Positions 37,890 through 47,898 of a stretch of 64,000 bases of DNA are shown here, piece after piece (position 1 is the first letter of the stretch; each line of letters begins with the position of its first letter). Position numbers and translations under genes: made by a program. The DNA comes from an uncultured virus (IMG/VR IMGVR_UViG_3300048502_000088) (lineage: Duplodnaviria; Heunggongvirae; Uroviricota; Caudoviricetes): positions 1 through 64,000 of the IMG/VR virus record IMGVR_UViG_3300048502_000088. One strand, given 5' to 3'. The notes below the pieces were generated by a model, which had not been told where the DNA came from, did not search any database, and worked only from the letters and a program-made list of their open reading frames with translations.

Positions 37890-40800
37890 AAAGATGCGAT
37901 TGGCTGGTCACTGACCCGCTGACTGGTCTCTTGCGTATTGCCGGATGAGTTGGTGCTCAACTGCAAGACGCAACCGGTGTTGTTAACCGAGGTCGCCGTA
38001 TTCGTGATCTGGTTGGCCAGGGTGAAGTACGTAGCGTCGAGCGTGGCCACCCATCCCCCCGTCGTCCCGGTCGGGTCTTCCTGCGTTTCCAGGCTCCACG
38101 GCGTGTCCGTACCGGCGACGGTACCGTAGTTGATCGGCTGAACGACGGTCACGTTTCCGGTTGTCGGGGTGAGAATGAGAATATTCGGCCCCTTGGATGC
38201 GTCGGGTGTCGCTACGCCTCCGACTACCGGCACGATATAGTTCGGCGATGGAGCCCCGCCATCCGGCGGCGGCACGATGTAAATCATACGGAGGCCGTCG
38301 CCCAGCTCGGTCGAATACAGGCCGTTTGAATTGGCGCCGAGCAACTCGATTAGCGCAACGAATCCCTCAAGGTTCGCTACGGGAAGGTTAACCAGCGGAA
38401 CGGCATTCGTAGATGTCGTGGTCGGAGCCACTGAGTTAATCGCAGCCGTTGTGTCGATTTGGGTTCTCCATGTCGGCTCTTCTTCGATAAAAATCGTGCC
38501 GGTTCCGGGAATATTCTTCCACGGCGTATTGGTCCATCCTGTATTCGTGATGTCCGTTATCGTAACGGGAGGATCGGCGGGGCTTGCCGTCCCGGTTGGA
38601 TCGTAAAGAACCCGAAGCAGGTTGCCTTTCTCGTTGCTGTTGGCGACGCAAACGGACGTGCTGCTCATCACCTGGAGAGTAGCCGATGAAATGCCGACCG
38701 TGTAAGGCCCGGTCCCGCTGAGTGTTGTTATTTTCGTCCCTGAAATCAGATATCCGGGAGACGTAATGTACTGGCCAATCGCAATCGCTCCCGAACTCAC
38801 GGTCACGGTCAGCGTAGTTGCTCCGCTCCCGGCAGTCGCGGTTGCTATTGCCGTTCCCAGTCCATACGGAGCATACGGGCTCACCAGACCGGCATCGGAA
38901 ATACTGGTGGCCGTCGCGGCGCTCGACAGCGTGGAGATCAAAACAAGATCACCAGCGCCATAAAGCAATCCTGTCGGACTGATCACGTTCAAAGTGCATG
39001 TGGGCGTTCCGGTGTCGTTTCCAATAATCGGCTGAATCGCATACTGCTGCGTGGCCGGCAGTCCGGCCTTGCTGACCAGAATGAGGAAGCGTCCCGCGAA
39101 TTCACCCGATGAGGGGGCGGACGGGCAATTAACAACCACAGTGGAAGCCGTTGAGGACACCACGTTGGTTGCGGCGATGCCGCCATGGATGACCTGTTTA
39201 CCCTGTGCGTGGAAGTTGGTCGCCTGTGGATCGGGAGGGCCGTATCCCTCAGAGTTATACTGTTGAATCGTTATCGAAGTCGGTGCTCCTGCCTGCTTTC
39301 CCTGCCCCACCAGATTGTCGAAGCTCGGCCCGATAAAAACTTCGTACCCGGAAGTGCCTGACGGGAATGTGACGTTGAAGGTTGCCCAATACCCGCTGCC
39401 TGTAATTGTAAACTCGCAGAGATGCGACCCTGTGCTGTATAGTCCATTGGAATCGATGGCGAAAACCTGAGCTACGTATAGGCCATTCGGAGCGATCCAG
39501 TTCGGAGAATGGCCACCCGTAAGTGTCGCGGTGAAGTCAATCGTCGGCGCAGCAACAGCCGGCGAGAAAGAGTTTACCGGCGGCGTGCCTTCGATGGCGA
39601 CGGCGTTGCCCGATTCAACCTGGGCCATCGTAAAAGCATAACCGGAGGGGGCGAAAAAATACTGCTGCGAATAAGGCTTCAGGCTCAACGGCGCACGCAC
39701 GGACGGCGCGGTCAGGGTATAGCCATAATCCACGGCATCGGAAAGCGCTTGCGCCTGCTGACCGGCCATATTGAACGCCGGAAACTTGAAATGCAGGGTC
39801 TGGCCAACCCGAAAACCGGTCGGCGAGTTTCCCGATGCCCCGGCTGGCGAATACGTCAACTGGAAAGCGCTGGCGGCGTTATTGCTGAAATCCGCAAACG
39901 GGGCGCCCGAAGAGTGGGCCGTGCAGGGCGTCCCGAACACTCCCCGGCGCAGGTAGGTCAGGTCGAAGGCGTTCGATCCGGTCAGCGTGGCCGTCTTCCA
40001 GCTGACTATCTCCTGGTCGATCAAGGCCAGCGAGACATTGTTGTCGCACTGGGATTGCGTAAAACTACTCAAATCCCCGAGCGACTCCTGAAGATTCACG
40101 CTCAGGGTATTCGTCGTATCGGGAACATTCGTATTGGCCACGGCGGCGAGGCCGGATGTCAGATATCCCACGTTGGCGTTAATCGTTTGCGCGCCGATGG
40201 CATCGTAAGAGCCTCCGCCATCGGTTGACACAAAGACATTAGCGCCACCCCAGTTCGGGCCGCCCGACAGCGCGATGGCGAGGATGAATGAAGTTGCTGT
40301 TACGGCAGATGACATTTGCGGCGTTAACTCCAGAAAAACGGGCACATTCGTCGCCCCCGGCAATGCGGTGAACCCGGCAGTGAAGCCACCGGCGCTGGCC
40401 TTCTGGTAGAGCGATGGTGTCAGTATCGGGAACGGCAGTACCTCGGCGGTCATGGCCAGATTGCCGTTCTCGTCCTCTTCTATGGTAAGAATACGTGCCG
40501 TGCAGAAACCGGTTGACGGATACTGCTCGGGCAGGTCCACCAGGTCCATCGGCTCCAGGATGCTGTACGCCCACCCCAGCGTGAAGGCGACCTTGCGGAC
40601 CATGTAGACGTTGCGCTTGAGTTGCGTGCTGAGAACCGACTGCGCGACGGTAGCCTCACAAATGCAAGGCAGGGAGATGACCGCCCCGGTGTTACGCCGC
40701 CCGACCTGGTACTGAATCGACCAGGCGTCCTCGTCTTCCATGATCTCGGGGTTATACTGATTGCCCCTGTTGTTATATTGCAGTACAAGGCGGTTGTTGA

Positions 40801-42157
40801 TATCGCGTGGGGCCGTGCGGGAGAATACCACCGGAGCCTGGCCTTGTGGCGCTATGAAAGAGTCCAGGCTGAGGCTGTAGACGGGGGTCAGATTCGGCAC
40901 GAAGGTGACGCCGTTTCCGGTCATCAGACTATCCGCGTAGGTGGCAAACTTGAGGATGCCTTCGCTCGAAAACATCTCCATGTTCCCGACCAGAAACCAC
41001 TCTGCCAGGTATCTTGAGTACGTGTCCTGGTTGGCGATGATGGGGGAGATGCCGAGTCCGGCGGCGAGGCAGTAGTTCGTGACGCCGCCGCATCCGAAGA
41101 AGAGCACGTTGTACAGATAACCGCCAGCGACCGTGGTGGTGAGGGTCAATTGCGTATCGGAGACGATGGTCGCGATGACGTACTGTGCGCCGTATATGGC
41201 GATGTTGGTGCCCACGACAAGACCGCCAAACTTGTCCCCGGATACCCAGTTGACCACCGTCAGCGATACGTTAACGACCCCGTACGGGGCCTGCATGCTC
41301 CCGATACTGGCATACGGGAAGTGAGCGCAATTGAAGTCCGTTAACAGAAAGAATATGGCCTCGGTGACCAGCGCATCGGGGGACAGGACGGCGGCGAATG
41401 GCACCGTAGCGCCCGAGGTGGCTGAGGACACGAGCGTTATTGAGGTACCGGAGTTAACTGAGGCCACCGGGCAGACCACGCCGTCGAGCGTGATCGTTCC
41501 CGTTAACTCGATCATGGACGGGAAGCCGATGGTGCCGGTGAAACTCTGGCACCCGGCGTTGGCGGTTACCGAGGTGCCGGAGACCGTAACGGTCCCCGCG
41601 TACGTGGCCTGGCCGAAGATTTCGTATGAGTAGTTGGAGATCGCGCCGGAACTGCCGAGGTTGGCATCCTTGTACCAGGCAATCGTCATTTCGCTGTAGC
41701 CGAGGATCTGATTGGCCGGGTATGGCCCGAACTGGCCACCAGCTGAGAGGACGGTGTTTAGAGTGGGGTCCTGGCCACGGAGGCCAGTGGAAAAGTACAG
41801 CGGGATCGGAGATTGGGAGTTGGTCGGGACATAGATGCTGCGGTCGCGCCAGACCGTGCCGTATGAGCTTGGGTTCGGGCCACCCTGGCAGATAAAAATT
41901 GCGAATGAGGCGACGTACAGGACATCAACCGCGCCCTTGCCACCGCCAGACCCCTTACCGACCTTGCTGCTGCCGCTACTGCCCGGTATGGTATGCCAGT
42001 CCCCAATCCACCCGACGCCGCCAGTGACTCTTGGGGTGCCAATAGCGATCTGTAAAGCCTGCCCACGCAAGCTTTGCTGGACCGGGTACGCGCCAAAAGG
42101 CTGCGTATTCTGGAAGGAAGCTATCGGGGGCGGGCCGGAACTGCCAAATAAAGACAC
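37886..42157 (-). CDS. central tail tip / host-specificity protein (GTA megatron/gpJ-like)
   Basis: RGQALQIAIG, ISNYSYEI, LEPMDLV, LRRGVFGT, FKFPAFN. Confidence 0.85.
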   Translation of the reverse strand: MSLFGSSGPPPIASFQNTQPFGAYPVQQSLRGQALQIAIGTPRVTGGVGWIGDWHTIPGSSGSSKVGKGSGGGKGAVDVLYVASFAIFICQGGPNPSSYGTVWRDRSIYVPTNSQSPIPLYFSTGLRGQDPTLNTVLSAGGQFGPYPANQILGYSEMTIAWYKDANLGSSGAISNYSYEIFGQATYAGTVTVSGTSVTANAGCQSFTGTIGFPSMIELTGTITLDGVVCPVASVNSGTSITLVSSATSGATVPFAAVLSPDALVTEAIFFLLTDFNCAHFPYASIGSMQAPYGVVNVSLTVVNWVSGDKFGGLVVGTNIAIYGAQYVIATIVSDTQLTLTTTVAGGYLYNVLFFGCGGVTNYCLAAGLGISPIIANQDTYSRYLAEWFLVGNMEMFSSEGILKFATYADSLMTGNGVTFVPNLTPVYSLSLDSFIAPQGQAPVVFSRTAPRDINNRLVLQYNNRGNQYNPEIMEDEDAWSIQYQVGRRNTGAVISLPCICEATVAQSVLSTQLKRNVYMVRKVAFTLGWAYSILEPMDLVDLPEQYPSTGFCTARILTIEEDENGNLAMTAEVLPFPILTPSLYQKASAGGFTAGFTALPGATNVPVFLELTPQMSSAVTATSFILAIALSGGPNWGGANVFVSTDGGGSYDAIGAQTINANVGYLTSGLAAVANTNVPDTTNTLSVNLQESLGDLSSFTQSQCDNNVSLALIDQEIVSWKTATLTGSNAFDLTYLRRGVFGTPCTAHSSGAPFADFSNNAASAFQLTYSPAGASGNSPTGFRVGQTLHFKFPAFNMAGQQAQALSDAVDYGYTLTAPSVRAPLSLKPYSQQYFFAPSGYAFTMAQVESGNAVAIEGTPPVNSFSPAVAAPTIDFTATLTGGHSPNWIAPNGLYVAQVFAIDSNGLYSTGSHLCEFTITGSGYWATFNVTFPSGTSGYEVFIGPSFDNLVGQGKQAGAPTSITIQQYNSEGYGPPDPQATNFHAQGKQVIHGGIAATNVVSSTASTVVVNCPSAPSSGEFAGRFLILVSKAGLPATQQYAIQPIIGNDTGTPTCTLNVISPTGLLYGAGDLVLISTLSSAATATSISDAGLVSPYAPYGLGTAIATATAGSGATTLTVTVSSGAIAIGQYITSPGYLISGTKITTLSGTGPYTVGISSATLQVMSSTSVCVANSNEKGNLLRVLYDPTGTASPADPPVTITDITNTGWTNTPWKNIPGTGTIFIEEEPTWRTQIDTTAAINSVAPTTTSTNAVPLVNLPVANLEGFVALIELLGANSNGLYSTELGDGLRMIYIVPPPDGGAPSPNYIVPVVGGVATPDASKGPNILILTPTTGNVTVVQPINYGTVAGTDTPWSLETQEDPTGTTGGWVATLDATYFTLANQITNTATSVNNTGCVLQLSTNSSGNTQETSQRVSDQPIASL

Positions 42158-42302
42158 TGCTTACAGTTTAGAACAGAAAGGGGAGCGGATAATGTATGCA
42201 GTCTGTGTGAGACGCTACGGATTCAGGAACAGGAGCGTGCCCCGTAGCGGGAGGCGCGCCCCTGTATGACCCCATGGTGGAGGCCAGTGCTCCATACCAA
42301 GG

Positions 42303-42572
42303 TTACACCACGCGGACTTCCTCATGTGCCCCACTAAACAACCGGCACAAATCCCCCACGCACCGCAGCCCCGCATACTCCTCGTTCGTAATCACGCGAA
42401 ACTCATTCTCCACGTTCGTGATCGCAGACATGAACGCAAGCGAGTCGATGTCGGCGGCGGTCGTGGCCAGCGTGATCGGGCGGACTTCGGTGTGTCCGGC
42501 CATGCGGGAGGCGCCAGGGAACGCCTGGGCCTCGCGCTCGAATATGGCTATGATGCGCTGCTCAGTGGTCAC
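42303..42572 (-). CDS. acyl carrier protein-like protein
   Basis: DIDSLAFMSAITNVENEFRVITNEEYAGLRCVGDL matches the ACP DSL..E.EF..I..E....TVGD pattern; GTGA-coupled. Confidence 0.7.
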   Translation of the reverse strand: MTTEQRIIAIFEREAQAFPGASRMAGHTEVRPITLATTAADIDSLAFMSAITNVENEFRVITNEEYAGLRCVGDLCRLFSGAHEEVRVV

Positions 42573-43039
42573 AGCTTGACGCGCGGGTCTGGCCCCTGTG
42601 AAAATGCCAACGTGACCATTGCGTACTTGTCCCATGAGCGGGTAATGTCCATGCTCTGCGGATAGAAGCCTATCGATTTTCCGAGTGCGATGAACTCAGC
42701 GAGCCTTGTTTCGTCGATAGGCATGAGCGCAAACGCAGACTCAACGTTTCTTCCCAAAGCTGGCGGCGGCGCTGGCGGCGTGACGGAGGTAAACGCATAG
42801 AGTGTGAAGGCGTCTCGGTGAGGCTCTCCGCATTTATAGCATCGCCTGGGGTTGATAGCGCTCCAGCCGTTAAAGGTGAACAGGTCGCGGACGGATGGTT
42901 CGGCAACCGACACGTCGGCGGGAAACTCATGGCCATTGCCCCTGAGTTCCACCATCTTTGCCTCAACCCGGTCACCTGTAAACAGCCCGACAATCGGCGC
43001 GATAAGCGCGGAGAAAAAAGATCTGCGTTTGACTTCCAT
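42569..43039 (-). CDS. hypothetical protein with twin-arginine-like N-terminus
   Basis: MEVKRRSFFSALIAPIVGL; TAAAAT 7 nt before ATG. Confidence 0.55.
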   Translation of the reverse strand: MEVKRRSFFSALIAPIVGLFTGDRVEAKMVELRGNGHEFPADVSVAEPSVRDLFTFNGWSAINPRRCYKCGEPHRDAFTLYAFTSVTPPAPPPALGRNVESAFALMPIDETRLAEFIALGKSIGFYPQSMDITRSWDKYAMVTLAFSQGPDPRVKL

Positions 43040-43091
43040 GTTTGCTATTTTAACTCCCGGACTGATCCGCCACCATGGTCCACTTCCGCGC

Positions 43092-43619
43092 TCACACCGG
43101 CACCACGGCAGCGTGCGCGTCAACCCCATGCAGCCCGAACGGAGAAGCCACCGGCGCAGGCGCGCTCCACGGCGAATAAAATACCCGCTTCAGGTTCTTC
43201 ATATCTCCCTGCGTGCAGTCGGCCAGTTGAACGCAGGCCTTCCAGCGCGCCTGGATAACGACCGGGTAGCCCTGCCGCGCTACGATGGCGGCGTGGCCGT
43301 AAGCCATGCCCACGTAAAACAGGACGCAATCACCGGGACGCGGCACCACTACCTCATGCGCCCGCGCAGCGACTGGTCCGATCAGGATCTGGCTGTCCCT
43401 CTGGTTCAGAAAGAAGTCGTGCGAGACGTTAGCTGATGGCGTTAGGTCCATTGCGATGCCAGCGGCGTTGTAGGATGCCATCAGGAGGTTGCCGCAGTCA
43501 ATGCCGACCCCCTTCACGGAAGACCCTTTATGAAACGGGGTGCGAAGCCAGGACTGGGCCTCGGCTAGCACAGCCATGCGACCCTCGGCCTCTGTCATGG
43601 GCATGGGCGTCGCGGTCAT
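43092..43619 (-). CDS. NlpC/P60 tail-tip peptidase
   Basis: AQSWLRTPFH..KGVGIDCGNL..PRPGDCVLF..HAAIV. Confidence 0.88.
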   Translation of the reverse strand: MTATPMPMTEAEGRMAVLAEAQSWLRTPFHKGSSVKGVGIDCGNLLMASYNAAGIAMDLTPSANVSHDFFLNQRDSQILIGPVAARAHEVVVPRPGDCVLFYVGMAYGHAAIVARQGYPVVIQARWKACVQLADCTQGDMKNLKRVFYSPWSAPAPVASPFGLHGVDAHAAVVPV

Positions 43620-43864
43620 GGCAGGCGGTCGATGGCGTCGGCATTGGTGAATCTGCCAGATTGATGCCTGATGGCGTCCATCACCTTGCGTGCGATTTCC
43701 TCAGGGCATGATCCGTGAACATGGACGTGCATTGTTTGAGCGCCGATCAGATGCGGTTCAGCGCTCTTCTGCGGGGGCTTGGGGTGCGGTTTGGTGGCCA
43801 GCGCGTCACGTCGTGTCCACGCCGGATTCGGCGATCCATCTTCGAGTTTATGTGTCATGCTCAT
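43616..43864 (-). CDS. hypothetical protein
   Basis: ATGA-coupled ORF. Confidence 0.45.
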   Translation of the reverse strand: MSMTHKLEDGSPNPAWTRRDALATKPHPKPPQKSAEPHLIGAQTMHVHVHGSCPEEIARKVMDAIRHQSGRFTNADAIDRLP

Positions 43865-43873
43865 GGTGTTTAC

Positions 43874-44092
43874 TCAGCCCCCGACCGTACTGTTGCCATG
43901 GTCGGTGGCTATTGATTCTCCCGAATCCATGTTAGCAAGTCTGGAGATCGCCGCCACCAGCAAATTTATTACCGCCCGCGCCGCCGCCGCGCCCATATGC
44001 AGCACGCATTCGCCCTGGTTTACGTACAGGCTGATGTGGTCGCCGGTGAGGTAGATTTCGGCGTCGTTGACGGGGGATTCGTAGAGGGGCAT
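43874..44092 (-). CDS. hypothetical protein
   Basis: 72-aa ORF in operon orientation. Confidence 0.5.
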   Translation of the reverse strand: MPLYESPVNDAEIYLTGDHISLYVNQGECVLHMGAAAARAVINLLVAAISRLANMDSGESIATDHGNSTVGG

Positions 44093-44118
44093 TTAGGGCC
44101 TACAGCGAAGCTGGATTG

Positions 44119-44436
44119 TTATGAACCGATACCTTGAGCTTCGATTACGCGGTGGGCTTCCGCTGACAGAACCGGAATTTGATCTACTGTGAATGTGCCC
44201 TCAGATACGGCTATCATCGTGCTCCACACCGCGCCTGCGTCTTCTGCCGTAGCATCCCAGTCCCCCTCTTCCAACATCTCCGCCGTAGCCACCTTCGGCA
44301 CGCACACGTACCCCATGGCTTCAATGGCGCTGGCGATCCGTTCGCCGTCAGCGCCAGCAACTTTCATGATTACTTCCCGGCCTGTCAAGATACCACCGCC
44401 GCAGTCAACACACGGCCACGCATCCGAATACGCCAC
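44119..44436 (-). CDS. hypothetical protein
   Basis: GYVCVPKVATAEML motif common in phage small proteins; start uncertain. Confidence 0.5.
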   Translation of the reverse strand: MAYSDAWPCVDCGGGILTGREVIMKVAGADGERIASAIEAMGYVCVPKVATAEMLEEGDWDATAEDAGAVWSTMIAVSEGTFTVDQIPVLSAEAHRVIEAQGIGS

Positions 44437-44745
44437 TCCACGGCATTATTCCTCGTATGCCTTGGTCGGTCATTACGTCTTCCTATCGCATTTAGGCTCG
44501 TGCTCGCGGCGTTCCCGCGCACCCATCTTCCTCTTGCAGTAAGTGCACCGGGCCACCACCTTTGGGCGACCCGCTTTCTTTGCGGCCATTACTGCACCGG
44601 GGTGATGACCTTGACCTGCCGTGCCATTGCCGTCCAAGCGTCCTGCGAGCGCTCTAACTGCCCAAGTAAACCGGGGCTTGGGTTTTTTCTGTACTTAGGC
44701 CTTGGGCCGTTGCGCTTGCGGTCCTGATTTTGTGCCACGAATTGA

Positions 44746-44775
44746 ATTGTGACACTAATCCAGCACGGAAAGCAA
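44746..44775 (-). promoter_or_regulatory. putative promoter of a small-gene insert in the tail operon
   Basis: TTGCTT-18 nt-CACAAT-7 nt-GTG in an AT-rich gap. Confidence 0.5.
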
Positions 44776-44810
44776 GTAATTTTATGCAGAGATAATTACT
44801 ACTATTGTAG

Positions 44811-46619
44811 TTAAAAAGCCTGCTCCGGTGAGGGGCAAAATGGGACACTGCTGAGGTGAATCGTGTTCCCAAATTTGGAACTACAACTGTAGTAAGTTTT
44901 CACGCAGTTGCATTGCACCGAAAAACTAGTCCCGACTGTAGGCGCAATAATCAAAGGCACCCGCAAAGTCATAAACCCGGTGGCGTCGTCAGACGTATCG
45001 ACCACCGCTGAGATCCCGTTCAGGACGCCGCTGGTGAACGTGATAACCCCCTGCGACCAGTACCCCGCGCCGGGGAATACGGGCGGCGTCTCGACGTTGT
45101 AGCTGATGCCGACGTTGGGGCATACCCAAGGGCCGCTACCTGGGCCAGTGAACGGTATCGGTGCGCCGTTCTGGAGGTTCTCCGCGCCTGACTCCGTGCC
45201 GACGTACACGTTCCAGCCAACTGCGGGAACGCCGGGAGTTGTGGGGGGGCTTATCTGTGGAACGTAGCCAGGATCAAGAAATACCGAAACTGACTCTGGC
45301 GATGCCAGTGTTTCTCCGCCTATGGCGGAAACTATGGTTACCTTGGCGTAGTAGAAGTTCCCCGGAAGCGTTTTTATGCCGCCGTTGTTGCCGTGGACAG
45401 GGTAGAACACAGGCGCGGAAGGCGTAGCTGGCGGCGCACCCACCGCAACGCTGGTACTGAAGCTCTGCGCTCCGGGCGTGGTCGCGCTCGTGATGGTCCC
45501 CGTCTGCGTCCAGTTGACGCCACCGAACCCACCACCGGGACTGATCCCGCATCCTTCATCAAACAACTGATGCCAGCACCCCGGTCCAAGGGTATTCTTG
45601 GGTGTTGGCCGGTTCAGGAGGTAGATCAGATCCCAAACTTCCATTTCGGCCTTGAGCGCTTCGACCTTCGTGATCGCTCCGACGTTGCCCGCAAACCAGA
45701 TGATCGTGCCATCGCCCGTCCCGAACGGAGACCCGGTCAGATTGCAGATCGCTGGGCCGTTCAGCTGGCCGTCGTTGTAGTGAACGTCCCCGTAGGTCAT
45801 AAAACAGCGCCGGATCGTAACCTGAGCGTTGTCGAGCGCCCCCTGTGCGATAGCCGTAAGCATGGGCTGTCCCGCGATGAGCGCGTCGGGGGTCGCCTGA
45901 AGCGTGATATCCGCCTTGCTGGCCTTCAATCCGACCGCCTGGGACAGCTCCGAGCGCGTCATGGCGGGGACGGAGAGCATCAGCGCCGTGCCGCCTGAGG
46001 CGTAGGCTCCGAAGGACGTGGTGTCTATCGTAATCGTGCAGGTCGCCGGATCGCGGGCGACCACGTACCCCTGCATCCCGTTGATCTCCGTCATGCCACC
46101 GACAGACTCGAAGATCATGGAGTCGCCGACGCTGAACGGGTTTTTGGTGATATCCACGACTGCCAGCGTGGCCTGGGAGATGCCGGTCACGGCGTACAAC
46201 TGGTTGACCGCCGCCCGCGCCACCGGGTAGTAATCGCCGTTGTACAGGATTGGGCGGTCGAAGGTGGAGCAGCGGAAGACAGGCAGGACCGCGAACGTGC
46301 CGCCGGAGACGTAGGCGTTGAACACATTGGTGGCGATGTCCACTGTGAACGTGCCTGATCCGGTGGTGAGTACGGTGCCCGTGAGCATATTGATTTGCGT
46401 CATGCCCGCAACGTAGTTGAAATAGACTTTACTGCCGACCGCGACAGGGGCGCTGCCGGAGTAGGAGACGACGCCGCTGGGTGCCTGGCTGATTCCCGTG
46501 ATCGCATACTGGACGCTGGTGGTGTTCTGGAGGACGAACTCGTAGATGTCCGCGCCATAGAACTTCAGGTTCGGCTGGTTCAGAAAGGCGATTAGCTGGG
46601 GGGAGGCGGAAGACTTCAT
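44811..46619 (-). CDS. baseplate hub protein (DUF2163/BR0599 family) with inserted domains
   Basis: GALDNAQVTIRRCF, PGCWHQLFDEGC, CVKTYYSCSSKFGN..PFCPSPE. Confidence 0.85.
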   Translation of the reverse strand: MKSSASPQLIAFLNQPNLKFYGADIYEFVLQNTTSVQYAITGISQAPSGVVSYSGSAPVAVGSKVYFNYVAGMTQINMLTGTVLTTGSGTFTVDIATNVFNAYVSGGTFAVLPVFRCSTFDRPILYNGDYYPVARAAVNQLYAVTGISQATLAVVDITKNPFSVGDSMIFESVGGMTEINGMQGYVVARDPATCTITIDTTSFGAYASGGTALMLSVPAMTRSELSQAVGLKASKADITLQATPDALIAGQPMLTAIAQGALDNAQVTIRRCFMTYGDVHYNDGQLNGPAICNLTGSPFGTGDGTIIWFAGNVGAITKVEALKAEMEVWDLIYLLNRPTPKNTLGPGCWHQLFDEGCGISPGGGFGGVNWTQTGTITSATTPGAQSFSTSVAVGAPPATPSAPVFYPVHGNNGGIKTLPGNFYYAKVTIVSAIGGETLASPESVSVFLDPGYVPQISPPTTPGVPAVGWNVYVGTESGAENLQNGAPIPFTGPGSGPWVCPNVGISYNVETPPVFPGAGYWSQGVITFTSGVLNGISAVVDTSDDATGFMTLRVPLIIAPTVGTSFSVQCNCVKTYYSCSSKFGNTIHLSSVPFCPSPEQAF

Positions 46620-46623
46620 GGGG

Positions 46624-46888
46624 TCAGTAAGGCGGGTTCCATGTAATAGTGTTTGCCTTCTCCTGCACCGTCAATGTCGCGGTTGTCACGGAATCGGCAC
46701 CATCCGGGCTTTTTATGGAATACACGTTATAGGAATAATCGTTTAGTCGCGGCACGGCTTCGCGCGGCGCAATACGGTCGGCCAAACCAGACAACCATTC
46801 CGCCAGCGCATCCAGTCGCCCAGCCAGCGTGCCACGCAATACAGTCATTATATTGCTGAATTTCAGTACGATCTTTTCCGGCTCCATG
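46624..46888 (-). CDS. hypothetical protein
   Basis: ORF in operon. Confidence 0.45.
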
Positions 46889-46889
46889 G

Positions 46890-47246
46890 TTACTTCATTG
46901 CCTCCATCACAATCCACCCTGCCTCGTTCCCTATCGGCTGCCCTCTGTGCATGACCTCAGGTTGCCCGTCGTACAGCACGAAGTCCAGATAGTGAACCGC
47001 GCCATTAATTTTAACCCGTAACCGATGGCAGTCCAGTTGCATCTTCAGTTTTACCTTGTGCTTCCAGTCGAGCTTGCTGGTTAGTTCGGCGATGTGCCGC
47101 TTCAGTACTGCGTCGTAGTTCTTGAAATGCGCCCGGATGTATCGGTCCTCGTACAGGCGATACTCCACGGACAACAGGCGCACGCGCTCCTGCTCTTTTA
47201 GTTTTTCGATTGTCGCGTCTAACCATGGGTGAGCGGATTGATTCAT
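46890..47246 (-). CDS. hypothetical protein
   Basis: ORF in operon. Confidence 0.5.
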   Translation of the reverse strand: MNQSAHPWLDATIEKLKEQERVRLLSVEYRLYEDRYIRAHFKNYDAVLKRHIAELTSKLDWKHKVKLKMQLDCHRLRVKINGAVHYLDFVLYDGQPEVMHRGQPIGNEAGWIVMEAMK

Positions 47247-47250
47247 GGGG

Positions 47251-47898
47251 TTACCGCCTATCGTATCCATGCCGCGCCAAGTAAGCGTCTTTACCAATAA
47301 CAGGGAATGAGCACGGCCCGGCGTGGCCGACAGGTCCAGTAACGCAATGATCCTTGCATGATGTCGCGGTCAACGTGATTGTGCGGCATGCAGGATGGGA
47401 CAATGTCACCACCGGGACGTTACATGCCGAATCCACCTTGATCGTAACGCGGGATCTGCCGTCGTGCCTCGGGCATACAATATCCCGCCTGTAACCGCTT
47501 CCGTTTTCGCCTAAACCACAACGGCATTCTGCCTGCGGGTCGGGCGGTAGCCATGGCATTTTTATAATTCCTCCCCGTTCCTCATTTTCCTCGACAGCTT
47601 CCAGCGCCCGGCACTTCCGACACCGCATGTCGGTGCCCGGCTGGTGATCGGAGACGCCGCCAGCCGGGCCTTCAATGTCCCCGCAGTCGTGTTCCATCAG
47701 GTACGCGACCATCGCCATAAACCCCTCGCAGCGTGCTCGCTCCATCTTGACACCGAGGTCGTAGGCTTCCCGTGGAATATCGCAGTAAGCGAGGTAATCG
47801 TCAAGCGAGTACGATTTCTTGCGGCCCATGGCCTGCAACGCGAGAAGGTCTTCCAGTTTCTGACACTGGTTAAGCAACGGGTCCGTGGAAGCGGTCAT
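47251..47898 (-). CDS. Cys-rich hypothetical protein
   Basis: 215-aa ORF. Confidence 0.55.
   Translation of the reverse strand: MTASTDPLLNQCQKLEDLLALQAMGRKKSYSLDDYLAYCDIPREAYDLGVKMERARCEGFMAMVAYLMEHDCGDIEGPAGGVSDHQPGTDMRCRKCRALEAVEENEERGGIIKMPWLPPDPQAECRCGLGENGSGYRRDIVCPRHDGRSRVTIKVDSACNVPVVTLSHPACRTITLTATSCKDHCVTGPVGHAGPCSFPVIGKDAYLARHGYDRR

Noticed and set aside
29867..42157. Diversity-generating retroelement targeting the fibre genes
   Set aside because: No reverse transcriptase and no TR/VR pair differing at adenines was seen in the window
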